From: Tubulanus polymorphus
Taxonomy: Eukaryota > Animalia > Nemertea
Length of the DNA: 64,000 bases
Assembly (NCBI RefSeq): GCF_964204645.1
Contig: NC_134025.1
Coordinates: 31,636,688-31,700,687 of the forward strand
Direction of reading: 5' to 3'
The notes beneath the pieces are model-generated. The model did no database searches and was not told the origin of the DNA. It saw nothing but the letters and a program-made list of their open reading frames with translations. Positions 12,621 through 24,596 of this stretch are shown here, in pieces; the first letter of the stretch is position 1, and each line of letters opens with the position of its first letter. The translations under genes were made by a program, and so were the position numbers.

Positions 12621-14567
12621 ATCTCCTCTGAATTTCCCAGTTTAAACAGTCCACTAGTCTGCCATCCCAACACAGCCCTCATAAACAGGCTAATAGTTCC
12701 CTGTCTGAGACCCTGATACCAGCTAGTTTACCGTGATCCTATAGTCCATTCCCGAATCTCCTGAAATTTAGACAAATCTCGAGAGGAATTAACACAAAAA
12801 ACACACGGAAAAGTGATCAATCATTGCATCAAAGAATTTTAAATTGGAAAACTTATGTGTACAAATTGGGAGTGGACAGAATAGTGTAACTACACGATCT
12901 TTAGACCTAAACCGGTAAACTAGTAATAGAAAGGGGGAGAGAGAGTATGTAAATATACACCGGGAGTAAGTAAGTCTCTCTATACTCTCGCGATTAAACG
13001 GTAATCAAGTCAGTCAAGTGTACCCCAATGTATAACTGACATCTATATGAATACCCAGCTTTACTTACTTGACAGATAGGTAGAAAGTATTGAGAGACAA
13101 ATTGATCAAAACCTCTCACAAGTGATACTAGACCTAAACCTCTCACTCCACTCTAGCTTTAGTTCGAGCCGACTGCTGCTGATCGACTGCCACCACATCA
13201 AACTCTCACCTGCTTAAATCATTTAGATATATGAAGATTTCATGAACTCTTTTGACGCGTGTTTTGAGATGCTTTTAATCGGTATAACTAATGTATGTAG
13301 TATGGCTGGTTTTGTAGGAGTAGGTTTGGACCAGCGCTGAATATAGGTTTTAAAACATTTCTTATTCAGCTTCAGTTATACATTCATTCGACATTTTCTA
13401 CCGCTGTCACGTGACCAATTGTTTTATGTTACTTACCAGGTACCTTTATCAATAAAATGTATATACCTACCAGCGCCACCTACAATCTTACCTCCAGCGC
13501 CACCTACAATGCCATACTCGTATGAGAGGGGTTGAGATTCTGACCGCATGTCTAAAAAAAAAGCCTCCTCATCTCGGTAAACATAATGTCCTCTTGCAAA
13601 ACGTTTAAACACTCGGGGAAATAATTAATGACATTCGTCTCCTCCTTCCTCTCCTCCTCAGCAGTGCTCGTCCATATCCTCCTCACCACAACAAACAAAC
13701 AACAGATGTAAATAATTTATACCGATTTAGACTTTAATTTCATAAAATAGTTGAATATTTACAGATATAAAAAGTATCTCACACATTGATACACGCACAC
13801 AACTGTGTATCAGATACAGTTTGTGTATCAAGAGAAACCGACCAGTTGTCAGTTCGGGAATATTATTATCATTATTATAACTCTTCAGAGATCAGATTTT
13901 CATTAACATTTTTTCTATCGTTTTTCGAAGTTTCCCAGCTACTTCCGGCAAATACAAATACAAATCAACGCTTTATATTGATAATCGTAATTATTTGACG
14001 CAGTCAAATACATAAATAGATAAGCCATTTCTAATTGGAAGATGTTTTCTTTTTAATTGCAAACTTCTATTTCAAATTGCGAAAGAATCTCTTTCTGATA
14101 AAAACACAATATTTCTATTTACATGTGACTCTATTTCTCGTTTATACAACTTCATGTTCATTAATGTACACTATTTATCTATGATTGTATATTCAGATTG
14201 TATATATATGTATATTAGTTATGTACAGAATTGAACTGTTTTAAGGGACATCACGTCTTCTCGTGATTTAATTTTACTCCCGAGTTTAACACAGAAATGA
14301 CACGACATACACATTACTCCGCGGCGACAGTATTTTATACTTCACATCGGAAGAACCTGCACACACACTCACCATACAACGTCTTATTATTATGCTTTGA
14401 AAATGACGCGATCCTCACTAACCAGGGACGGTGTTAGTAGTAAAACACTTACTCTGGCTAGCGAGGACCACACAATGATATTGCTACTCCAATGCGAATT
14501 GAAAATTTACAAACAATACATTTCACAGAAGAACCGGACATTCAGCGATTACAACCCAAATTATCAC

Positions 14568-14699
14568 CAGGACCCAGTTGCACAGTTGTAGGAGACTTAG
14601 GTCCAGAATTTATCAAAAGACTCGTTTTACGTTGTTAGACTGGATTTAGAAAGAAAATAGTTTTAAACTGGTCTTTAATCTAAGTGCAACTGACCCCTG
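14568..14699. mobile_element. MITE-like element with imperfect terminal inverted repeats
   Basis: The left end is CAGGACCCAGTTGCAC and the right end is GTGCAACTGACCCCTG (reverse complement CAGGGGTCAGTTGCAC). The interior is AT-rich. Confidence 0.6.
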
Positions 14700-14817
14700 T
14701 AACTTTATAAAACAACCTGTAGTTGTTTCAAGATTAGATTTTACGGATTTAATTCAATCTAAGATGTTTCGATGTTTATATGTATCTAGAAGGATTGATT
14801 ATTTTCACCTCCTCTCA

Positions 14818-14859
<42 letters not shown>

Positions 14860-15026
14860 ACACTCACATATTATACTAACTATTCAACCTTCTTAACATT
14901 TCCTAACTGTGTGGTAACCATGGTAACGGAATTTGCATCTACCTAGGCGGCGGCGGCGACGACGGCAATATGGGGGCTAGATGTTGATGTGATATTGTGT
15001 GTAAGAGATTAAAAGAGTTGGAGAGA

Positions 15027-15086
<60 letters not shown>

Positions 15087-15222
15087 CAGGTTTCTCATCT
15101 CATCATTATATCCATGTATACATGTATATATATAAATGTTGCAGCCATCAGGAGACATTTTTAGATCAAACACATAATTATTATAGATATCATTAATATA
15201 TACTAATGAATGGAAAACGCAG

Positions 15223-15391
15223 CTGAGTATTGAGGGGTCGGAGTGTTGAGGGGCAACTGAGTATTGAGGGGTCTGGGGGTGTTGAGGGGTCGGAGTGTTG
15301 AGGGGCAACTGAGTATTGAGGGGGGCGGAGTGTTGAGGGGCAACTGAGTATTGAGGGGTCTGGGGGTGTTGAGGGGCAGATGAGTACTGAG
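15223..15391 (+). repeat. G-rich composite minisatellite
   Basis: Alternating GAGTATTGAGGGG and GAGTGTTGAGGGGGCAACT units. Confidence 0.9.
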
Positions 15392-16226
15392 GAGATGAAC
15401 TCCAGGCCTGGCAAGATTAATTCAATCCAAAATTTTGTTGTTGCTATAGAAAATTTCCAAACTACTATAATTTGGGATTGTTGCTGTCGCTATGATACGA
15501 TATGTATTGTTGAAAAAATAATTCTTAACTCAATAAATAAGGTATCATAGCAACGGTAACAATCGGAAACCAGGGGTGAAATGGGAATTGTCAAAACTAC
15601 ATAAAAATTCTAATGACATCGGTTTTTCTACAACAACTGAAGTTCTTTACACCAAAGACTGAATCAATTCAATTCATTCGGTTTATTGAATATATAACAA
15701 CTGGCGAGCGAAATAGTTCGTTTGGTACAAATCATCATCAGATAATTAACAGAGGTGAAAAATCAATAGATTCCTCTCTGATATCAGTACATCGCATCAC
15801 AACCATTCATCAATGATTCTATTTTTAAGGTGGCTGTAGTTAGTTGTCATAGCTGGCAGATTATTCCAGTAGAATAGTTCGGGTGAGGAGAAGGGAGGGA
15901 GAGGGGGTCGGGTGAGGAGAAGGGACGGAGAGGGGGTCGGGTGAAAATATATTCACAAGTTTTGAAATGTGATTATTGAATTTCACTAGTTGTTCGGGGA
16001 GGTGTGGTTCACTGCTGCTGCTGCTGCTGCTGCTATTTATTGTGATTTATATTTGAAAATATCGAGGATCAATTTTTGCAAACACGTTTCACTGTTACTC
16101 CGGTCACGTGGTACGGTTTATATTACACTCGTATCTATTTGGTTAAACTTCGAGTAAATTCCATTATTGAGAAATATATAAAAACGTAACAACGATCAAT
16201 GAATAGTGAGTGAACAGCGCGACACC

Positions 16227-16387
16227 AGCATCTAAATCTTAGATCAAATTAAATCCTAGGTTTAATAGTTAGGCAGCACGAGCATCTAAATCTTAGATCA
16301 AATTAAATCCTAGGTTTAATAGTTAGGCAGCACGAGCATCTAAATCTTAGATCAAATTAAATCCTAGGTTTAATAGTTAGGCAGCAC
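16227..16387 (+). repeat. 54-bp unit x3, each with two internal hairpins
   Basis: AGCATCTAAATCTTAGATCAAATTAAATCCTAGGTTTAATAGTTAGGCAGCACG at 16227, 16281 and 16335. Confidence 0.97.
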
Positions 16388-16574
16388 ACGTTGAAAGCTT
16401 GATTCCTAATAATAAAATAAACATCCTATAATTAATTCTAATCCACGGAATAAACCGCTGTTGATGAACATAAAAATGCAAAATGTTTTTGAAAAGAAGT
16501 TTTAGTTGTTTCTGTTTACATTAATTGATTGTCTTTGACACAATTCGCCTCTACATAGAACATTTATACCCCCT

Positions 16575-16704
16575 TACTATCCCCCTGCCCCCTCCCCTTA
16601 CACTACACCACCCACCCACAATAAACACTTATTACTTACTACTATCCCCCTGCCCCCTCCCCTTACACTACACCACCCACCCACAATAAACACTTATTAC
16701 TTAC
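16575..16704 (+). repeat. ~65-bp tandem duplication
   Basis: TACTATCCCCCTGCCCCCTCCCCTTACACTACACCACCCACCCACAATAAACACTTATTACTTAC occurs twice. Confidence 0.93.
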
Positions 16705-18767
16705 ATCTCCATACTATCTTATTTAAGCTTTGTTTGAGAATTGAATTTATCAATCTTAATACAACATGAATTGAAGATAGCTGAGGAGATGTAAAATCTA
16801 ATCTTTGAATAGTCACGATCAAGACACGATTAAAACAATGATGACCCCGATAACTAATTTCAATAAATTCTGGAAGAATTTCAATTTACAAGTTATTTAT
16901 ACATATTTACAACAATGTAATTGTTATTTACAACAATGTAATTTATAGCGCGTTGACATTCAGAGAATTTTACACAAAAAAACTATCACATATAATAAAA
17001 TAGGCAACAAATATATTCATACCCAGTTTAAATTATACTCTCGCTCTAAATCGAGAGTATCCCTGTTTATTCCGGATTGTTCCGAGTAGTATATACGGAT
17101 TAACGTTAATCCCTGTTAAACCGGATTATCACAAATATTAATCCCACGATAAAATACACATTATTCGGTTTCTGTATAGATTATAAATCTAATGATTGAT
17201 TGTACCTTAAACTGTTGGGGGGGTATAAGGGGTGTTTTTTAGGGGGACCTGCTGGTTAACTCGTTGATTATTACGGATAGTGACGTAATTAACGCCTTAC
17301 TAATCATACATTGTTTTCTATTGTTGTAAGTGTGAAAATTTGATTGCTTAGTAACGACAGCTGTAAATAAAATGTATTGTTTATGATTGTATTTGATCAG
17401 TTATAAAAATAACGGTCATTAACGGGGGTTAATTAGGAGGGAAAGTGTTAATTACTAATTCACTTATTGAGCAGGGTTTATTATGAGAAAATTAAGTCGA
17501 GTAAAAAGTGTCAAAATTCACAAATCGCTCTAAACTAAAATAGTTTAAAACTAGTTTCACGTTTATCTATTTGTTGTAAATAGTCCTGAATATTAGGATA
17601 TATTGAATAAACTCAAGGAAGTATTTCATTATTATTGTCGGATTCTATATTAAGACGATGGATATTTTTAGCGAAAGTCGAAAATATCGTGAATCGTGGA
17701 TAATATTTCTAAAATAAGTTTCTATATTTCTGCAGTAATGATTCACACACACGCGACACGACGCGATGAATTGTGAGTGAGAGTGAATGAGCTGGACCCC
17801 GCTACTCTTGATACGGACCCCGCTACTCTGTCGTATCCGATATTTTACGGATGGATTTCAGAGGAAACTCCGAAGAGAATCGCGGAATGACAAGAATTCC
17901 ATAAGACGGAGACAGAGACAGAGAGAGATAGCGAGCGAGGGAGAGATGTGTCAGTAACATGCAAATATGAGTGACTCATAGCAGGCAGCGCAATACATTC
18001 ATTATTACAATGACTAGTCCTGGAGTTCATCATCAGTATTTATCATAAATCCAGGGGTTTATCCTAGTTTTAAACCCGGTTTAACCCGAGTTAGTTTGTG
18101 CGCGTTTAGAAATTAATACGACGTTTAAAGATGACTGTTAGAAAATACGGGTTTAAAACTAAGACCGGAAAATCAGAAAGAAATACATCAGAAATTTCTG
18201 ATTAATCTTAATTTTTAATTCGTTATTCATTTTTGCGGCTTCGAATCGAACAAAGAAAACATCAAACAATCGATTTTTAAGCGAAGATCTGATGTTTTAA
18301 TGAGTTTTGATAAAGTAAAGATTTAAATCTATTTGATGAAGTATTCAAATTGACACAGCGCCGCTCGGTTCAATCCCACTCACTCACTCACACACTCACA
18401 CACTCACAACTGGTCTCACAGAGCAATTAATTCCTATGCACTACGAGGACTTCCTTTAGAATTACGAGTTCTCGAGTAGCTTTTCATTTTGTCAAATACA
18501 TTTCGCTGTTTAACAAATAAACGTTGGTGAAAGGACGTTTGAGTGCGTGGTATAATTAATTGTTCAAGCCAGTAAAGAAAAGAGAGAGGGGAGAGAGAGG
18601 GGAGAGAGAGGGAGAGAGAGGGACATTCTCTGAAACTCAAGACTTTGCAAACTAAAGTTGAAGTCGTCTATTTCTATAGAACAATGATTTGTATTCTAAG
18701 ATTATAACAATAGTAACACGCTACAGGCTAAACCGTCTCTTCTCTCTTCCTCTCTTTCTCTTCTCTC

Positions 18768-18798
<31 letters not shown>

Positions 18799-19232
18799 GT
18801 CTCTCCACGTATGTGGTGTATTAGCTAAACGATACATATAATAGTCTGACCAAAAATCGTTCATTGACGCGACTTCACACATTTAATATAAAAAGTTTGT
18901 AGTTTGTAAAAATCATGACTGGCCTCAACCAGATATATCACTCTATCTCATTATTATATCATCATTTCACGATATATCACTCTCTTATATATCTCATCAT
19001 TTCACACATGTTTTGATGATAATAAATACGACAATATCAATAATTCGCGTTGTAAAAGCCCCCTGGCGGCAGATTGAGGAAAACAATACCCTGTTTCCGG
19101 TAACCGATGGTTGACTTTGAGCAAGGTCCTGAGGTATTACAAATAATAAGTATCTTAAATAGTTTTTTGAGCATTAATTTTGTGTAATATGGCTCAACAC
19201 TGCAGCGCCCTCTATACCGGAGGTACTGTTCT

Positions 19233-20924
19233 TCACACGTGACTTAAAGGTAATTGTTTACTCCCGTGATAACTGGGGTTGCTATACTTACTAATCCTAG
19301 ATTGACTACCGGCAGTAGAAACAGATCGTCGGCACAGCCGGCCGTAGAACCGTCGCCACGAGTCTAAAGTCTTACCGCTCCAAATCCAAAATCCTGAAGT
19401 AATTCCTACGACTAAACACATAAAGTATTTTAACATGAAAACTGAATAGTCAGGTCTGATCGGTTCGGCTGTCAGACACCGACAATTGTGACTCGTTTCC
19501 CAACTTTCACGAAAATGTTGTTCATAGAAGTAGCAGGCGATGACGATAGTCGCCGGTACCGTGTATAAAACCGAAAATACTCCTATTCGGATCATTAGTT
19601 TTTCCAGTTTATCTGTTTTCTGTCCACCTTGTGCTTTAATAACGTTACGGATTCGGAATAAGGACACGAAACCGGCCAATAGGAACGATGTTCCGATGAT
19701 TAGATACACGAATAGCGGAGCCAAAACGAATCCGCGAAGATTATCGAGATTCTGATTCCCGACGAAACAGATTCCCGCGATCGGATCTCCGTCAACTGAC
19801 GACATCGCTAGAACTGCTATACTCTTCACAGACGGTATCAACCAAGCCGCCAGATGAAAATATTGCGAATAGCTGGCGATAGCTTCCTGTCCCCATTTCA
19901 ATCCAGCGGCCAGGAACCAGGTAAAACTCAATATCACCCACCAGATCGACGACGCCATTCCGAAAAAGTATATAAACAGAAAGACGACAGTACATACGGC
20001 AGGTCCAGTCGTATCGTATCTAATAAACTGACCGTCACAAGCTACAGCCTCGTGGCCCATAGCAAGTCTGATTATATACCCGAGACTAACCATAAAATAA
20101 CACGCGCTCAGGAAGATTATAGGCCGTTCCGGATATTTAAATCTCTGCATGTCGATGAAAAATGTGCTAACGGTCATCGAGGTCGAGATACAACATAAAA
20201 TCGACCATAAACCGATCCAAAACGACGCGAATGTTTTCTCCTCGGGGCTGAAATACGTTCCTTGACAAGTTTTCACGCAGTTTTTGACTCCTCCGGTTGT
20301 GATACGGTTATAATAGCCGCTAGTTTCATCCACGACTTCAACCATCGGATCGTTACAACGACAAGAACAACCTTTAACGGTAGATACTGATAGCGGGTCG
20401 TGAGTAACGGTCGGTGCAGGGTAGTATTTCGGTTTAGGCGCCGGTGTCGGACTCGACGTATTGAAATCCATACATAACTGGTCCTTATCCCCGTATAAAG
20501 GTAGATTTTCGCATCTCATACGTTCGGGCCAGGCGAATCCGTACTGTCGCATTAGCGGCGCGCATCCCGATTTGGCCCGCTCGCAAACTGACCGACAAAC
20601 AGGTAAATTCTTGTGATAATTCGTCATACAAATTGGAGCGTACATACTGCACAGAAAAAACCGTAAATCCGGCGAACATTGAATCTCGACTAACGGCCAA
20701 AACTGATGAACTTCCAGACCGGCCTCGTCTTGAGAATCGTGGTTAAATTGATTGGGCATGAATGTCATATTATACCCGATACCCCGACACATCGGGATCG
20801 TTATTTCTTGACATTTACGGGGTTGATCCGAACCGGCACCGGCGAGTGAGGATCCCGTAAACATCAACACTAATAATACTAACACATCCATCGTGTTAAC
20901 CCACATCTTCGCAGAGTTCGACAT
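19233..20924 (-). CDS. fzd5/8: Frizzled 5/8 Wnt receptor, 563 aa, uninterrupted CDS
   Basis: The ORF has a signal peptide ([16 protein letters not shown]) and a Frizzled CRD ([46 protein letters not shown]...). It also has 7 hydrophobic helices, [13 protein letters not shown], the Dishevelled-binding KTxxxW motif (KTLDSW) and a C-terminal PDZ ligand, LSHV, as in FZD5. Intronless coding regions are typical of the Fz5/8 clade. Confidence 0.97.
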   Translation of the reverse strand: MSNSAKMWVNTMDVLVLLVLMFTGSSLAGAGSDQPRKCQEITIPMCRGIGYNMTFMPNQFNHDSQDEAGLEVHQFWPLVEIQCSPDLRFFLCSMYAPICMTNYHKNLPVCRSVCERAKSGCAPLMRQYGFAWPERMRCENLPLYGDKDQLCMDFNTSSPTPAPKPKYYPAPTVTHDPLSVSTVKGCSCRCNDPMVEVVDETSGYYNRITTGGVKNCVKTCQGTYFSPEEKTFASFWIGLWSILCCISTSMTVSTFFIDMQRFKYPERPIIFLSACYFMVSLGYIIRLAMGHEAVACDGQFIRYDTTGPAVCTVVFLFIYFFGMASSIWWVILSFTWFLAAGLKWGQEAIASYSQYFHLAAWLIPSVKSIAVLAMSSVDGDPIAGICFVGNQNLDNLRGFVLAPLFVYLIIGTSFLLAGFVSLFRIRNVIKAQGGQKTDKLEKLMIRIGVFSVLYTVPATIVIACYFYEQHFRESWETSHNCRCLTAEPIRPDYSVFMLKYFMCLVVGITSGFWIWSGKTLDSWRRFYGRLCRRSVSTAGSQSRISKYSNPSYHGSKQLPLSHV

Positions 20925-21179
20925 CGTTCCTTTAACTAATTCATTCGATTAATACTCACGATTTAATTTACTCGCGTAATAAAGTTTAGTCCACGCGTAA
21001 ATATTCTGTTTATAATGTATTAAATCCGTATGAAGTATAGTTTTCCATATCCATAATGTGTTTTAATACGCGGTGGAACGAGTTCTATAAAATCCTGTAC
21101 ACACTGTATAATTGTCGGTGTTTGAATGGGACAAATTTCGGGGGTTGAATTCACTATCCCTAATCCGCCAAGCGAAAAT

Positions 21180-21520
21180 GCCTAGAAGCGTCTCAAATTC
21201 AGCTGCTTGTAAAGAGCGCAGCTCACACCTTTGTGATGGAAGTGGGCATGTCAGAAATCGACGGCGCTGCGATTAGTCCAACATTGACAGCTGCCAATCA
21301 CTAACGGCGCTTTCGTTGAAAGCGGTGGATTATGCGGTGACGTCACGGCTCGTCATAATCGTTGGGAGGCGCGAATGGATCGTATGGGAATCAGGAACCT
21401 GCAAATAGAGACAATATCGCTGTAAGATTGTGCTGCAACTGACGTCAGAATCTGGAACTAGAAAATATTACCGCAGTGCAAAATGTATTTACAAATCTGA
21501 TTTATATAACTCAACAACAT
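21180..21520 (-). promoter_or_regulatory. Probable proximal promoter or 5' regulatory region of fzd5/8
   Basis: This CpG-richer patch 250-600 bp upstream of the ATG contains CCTTTGTG (HMG/Sox-TCF-like, ~21228), TGACAG plus CCAAT (~21285-21300), and the palindromic CREs GTGACGTCAC (~21337) and CTGACGTCAG (~21440). The TSS cannot be determined from sequence. Confidence 0.5.
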
Positions 21521-22870
21521 AGCCGCACGTCAGGGCCCCGAGAGAGAGAGCAGACTATAGGAACCCGCGAACAAAGACTAACCAAATAACAGCTCTAATG
21601 CCATTCAAAAAGATATTATCAATTTTCTGCATTTATTGTTTACCCAAGTTCAAGATTTATACGAATCACCCGTCAAATTTTATATTCTATTCAAGCATTG
21701 TAGCGGAGAAAATTCTTTCAACTGGCGCACTCAGTTTTTATAGAGTTTGATAGAGTCTGATAGAGTAGGCGTACAACTTACTCTTCTGAATAAATACAAT
21801 TAAATACATTTCATCCCTATAAATATCTTCGTGTTATAAAATCTATACATTTTAATAAATTCCGTAAATATAAAACAGATATTCTAAACAGTAAATAAGA
21901 TAATACAATCACCGAGCGACGAGCGTAAAATCCAACGCCGAGATAAGATAAGCAATTCGTAACTATGCGTTACATTTCTAGGGTTTGATAATCGGCGATA
22001 ATCTGAGATTATCAAATCGATAATCTTATATAAACTATATGGTTATTAGATTCGTTAAATTTAACCCCTATCTCAAACTGAAAGTGTCAGTATAAGGTTT
22101 GTACAATGATTTTTAATTGTTGGAATTAACGTGAAAACGTTCATTGTATTCAAACACGTCGTCGCTAAGGAATGAAATTAGTGATTGTTCTAATAAAACA
22201 CGTGATTATAGCGTTAACAACAACAATGAATTAACTGATTGTTGACAAACTGTTAGAACTAATGACGTCATGATGTGTTTATTACGTGTTCAACACCGGT
22301 TCAAACTGTTAGAAATGTAACAAACTAAAATAAACTCCAGGCGTCAATAGGAAATTTACTAAAACATTGCAACAATTTAAAAATATCGTCTATCGGTGAA
22401 ACATCTAAACATTTAGAGTCAAACAAACTTTAGGTATAAAATTACTCAAATATCGTGCCATCTCTTGTTTTTACCATTTCGATGACAGTTTCAATCGTTC
22501 TAATGTTTCACACTTTCAACGTATTTCAACGTAAATGGATTTTACATTAAATAATACTATATCAAAATGTTCATGTAAAAATTCAAGTAAAAAGAAGATA
22601 TTTTTAAGCTCATTATAAAAGAACCCCAAAAACTGCAGCCGTAAATGATGAATTCACTCCCATTTCTGATGAAATTATTCAGTGAACCTTCGTAATTTAA
22701 CACAAAATCTAGTTATAAACTGTAACTATTTTTCTTAACATTCACTGAATTTGTTGTGTTAAAAATACGAACGATTTAATTTTCATCGAATTCATGATTT
22801 TTTTTTTGCCGCTACGAAATTTACACTAAATCAAAACAATCACAATTGAAAATGTTGTGCGTACTAACAA

Positions 22871-22960
22871 GCTCAGCTCGGCTCGGCTCGACTCAGCTCG
22901 ACTCGGCTCGGCTCGGCTCGGCTCAGCTCGGCTCAGCTCGGCTCGGCTCGGCTCGGCTCA
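22871..22960 (+). repeat. Pentanucleotide microsatellite (GCTCG/GCTCA), ~18 units
   Basis: Directly visible. Confidence 0.95.
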
Positions 22961-23697
22961 CCTCTTTCGCTTTAGTTGGAAAATTTGTCCAGGAAAAATC
23001 CTACAAAATATCCCACACTAACCTGTATCGACAATGAGAAAGAATCGCTTCGGGCGAGATTGTGTTTATTAAACTGGACAAATAGGGTTTTATGGAGAGC
23101 ACCTCGGAGGGATTGGAATCTTGGGTCCCACCTATGGTTTTAACTATTCGCATTTTCGAATAACTTTTCAACACCGGCTGTCAGTGAACAATAGCCGAAA
23201 TGACTGACATATTAACGTCGTTTTATTTTTTCTTAATCACCCATGCATTTCATGTCCCCTGTCGTAGCCACAATATGTAGGATCTTTACAAGGAAGCTTA
23301 TAGTGAATAGGACTATTGTTGATGACACTCGGTCTAAAGAACTACTACCCAGTCATTACAGTAAAAAGGTGTCAAATACGACAAGAAAAACTCGAATAAG
23401 GTCACACAACGACTAATACATGACAACTCGCTTTTAAAGTTTTCTATCAATTTGTCTCGTTACAATTGAGATATTGAAGTCCAACCCAGGAAATTAGAAT
23501 CACCGAAACTGGCTCTAAACCTATCTGTGAGAAAACTGAGGGGGTGGATGGTGCTGACACCTATTGTCCAATGCGCTGTGGGATTTAGATAAACTTTGGT
23601 TTAATTACTTATGTCCAGTGTCCAAATAGACTCGTCTAGCCGAATTGTATCCAGTCTAGAGATGCCCGTTGCCAGTCTTGAGATGAAAAGTATCAGG

Positions 23698-23800
23698 ACT
23701 AGAGATGACCAGTCTCGTGGAATAGATGACCAGGGCTCAGTCTAGAGATGACCAGTCTCGCGGACTAGATGACCAGTAACCAGTCTATGGATGACCAGTG
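23698..23800 (+). repeat. Degenerate AGATGACCAG-core repeat
   Basis: CTAGAGATGACCAGTCTCG and variants recur about 5 times. Confidence 0.75.
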
Positions 23801-24459
23801 TCCACTATCGGGCCTAGATATCCAGGTGACAGATGATTGACCAGTCAGTGGGATGTAAATATATCTAAGCAGGAAGTTTATATAGAAAGAGGAGGATGTG
23901 CTATAGTAATAACAAGGGTACTTCATATCTATATGTGACCAGTTGAAAGAGTTGACTGAGTTGAGAGGAGTCGAGAGGGATATGTCAGCTCCACTAATAC
24001 CACACACATACACACACTGTGAGTTATAATAATACCCGAGCCGTCTCTCACAATTCCGAGAAATTCTCCACCGCCAATGGAAAAAAATCCTATCCAAATA
24101 AAAGTCTGAGTGTTTACACAAGGTCGAAACAGTAAAGACAGTCATTGTTTTCCTTGTAGAAGTTAAGAATGGAAACATCGCTACTTAAAATTTCAGTAAT
24201 TTCGACACGCTGGCAGTTAACCTTTGCCCGGTATTCGGCGGAAATACCGGTTACCAGTCTAGTTCCGGGTACTAGTCTAAATACAGCATCCTATGCGCCT
24301 GATATGTAAGAGGTCCACGTCACCGGAGACTCGTATATGATACGATTATTGATATTCCATCAAAACTTATCAAATTGTTAAGAATAAAATCAGGTAACTT
24401 GAAACGGTTTTATTAGTATGTGAATATCATCACGATGACCTCATCGCCCTCTCTGCTAC

Positions 24460-24596
24460 CCGTGGCCCTCCCTGCCTCCCGTGGCCCTCCCTGCCTCCCG
24501 CGACCTCCCTGCCTCCCGCGACCTCCCTGCTTCCCACGACCTCCCTGCCTCCCGCGACCTCCCTGCCTCCCGCGACCTCCCTGCCTCCCTCCTGCC
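24460..24596 (+). repeat. 18-bp C-rich minisatellite
   Basis: CGACCTCCCTGCCTCCCG, ~7 copies. Confidence 0.95.

Noticed and set aside
16895-16945. Paired Pumilio elements (TGTAAATA on the minus strand) as fzd5/8 3' UTR sites
   Set aside because: Both copies derive from one 21-bp duplication in AT-rich DNA, and the UTR extent is unknown.
19540-20700. Short antisense and alternate-frame ORFs within fzd5/8
   Set aside because: These are shadow ORFs of the real CDS with no recognisable features.
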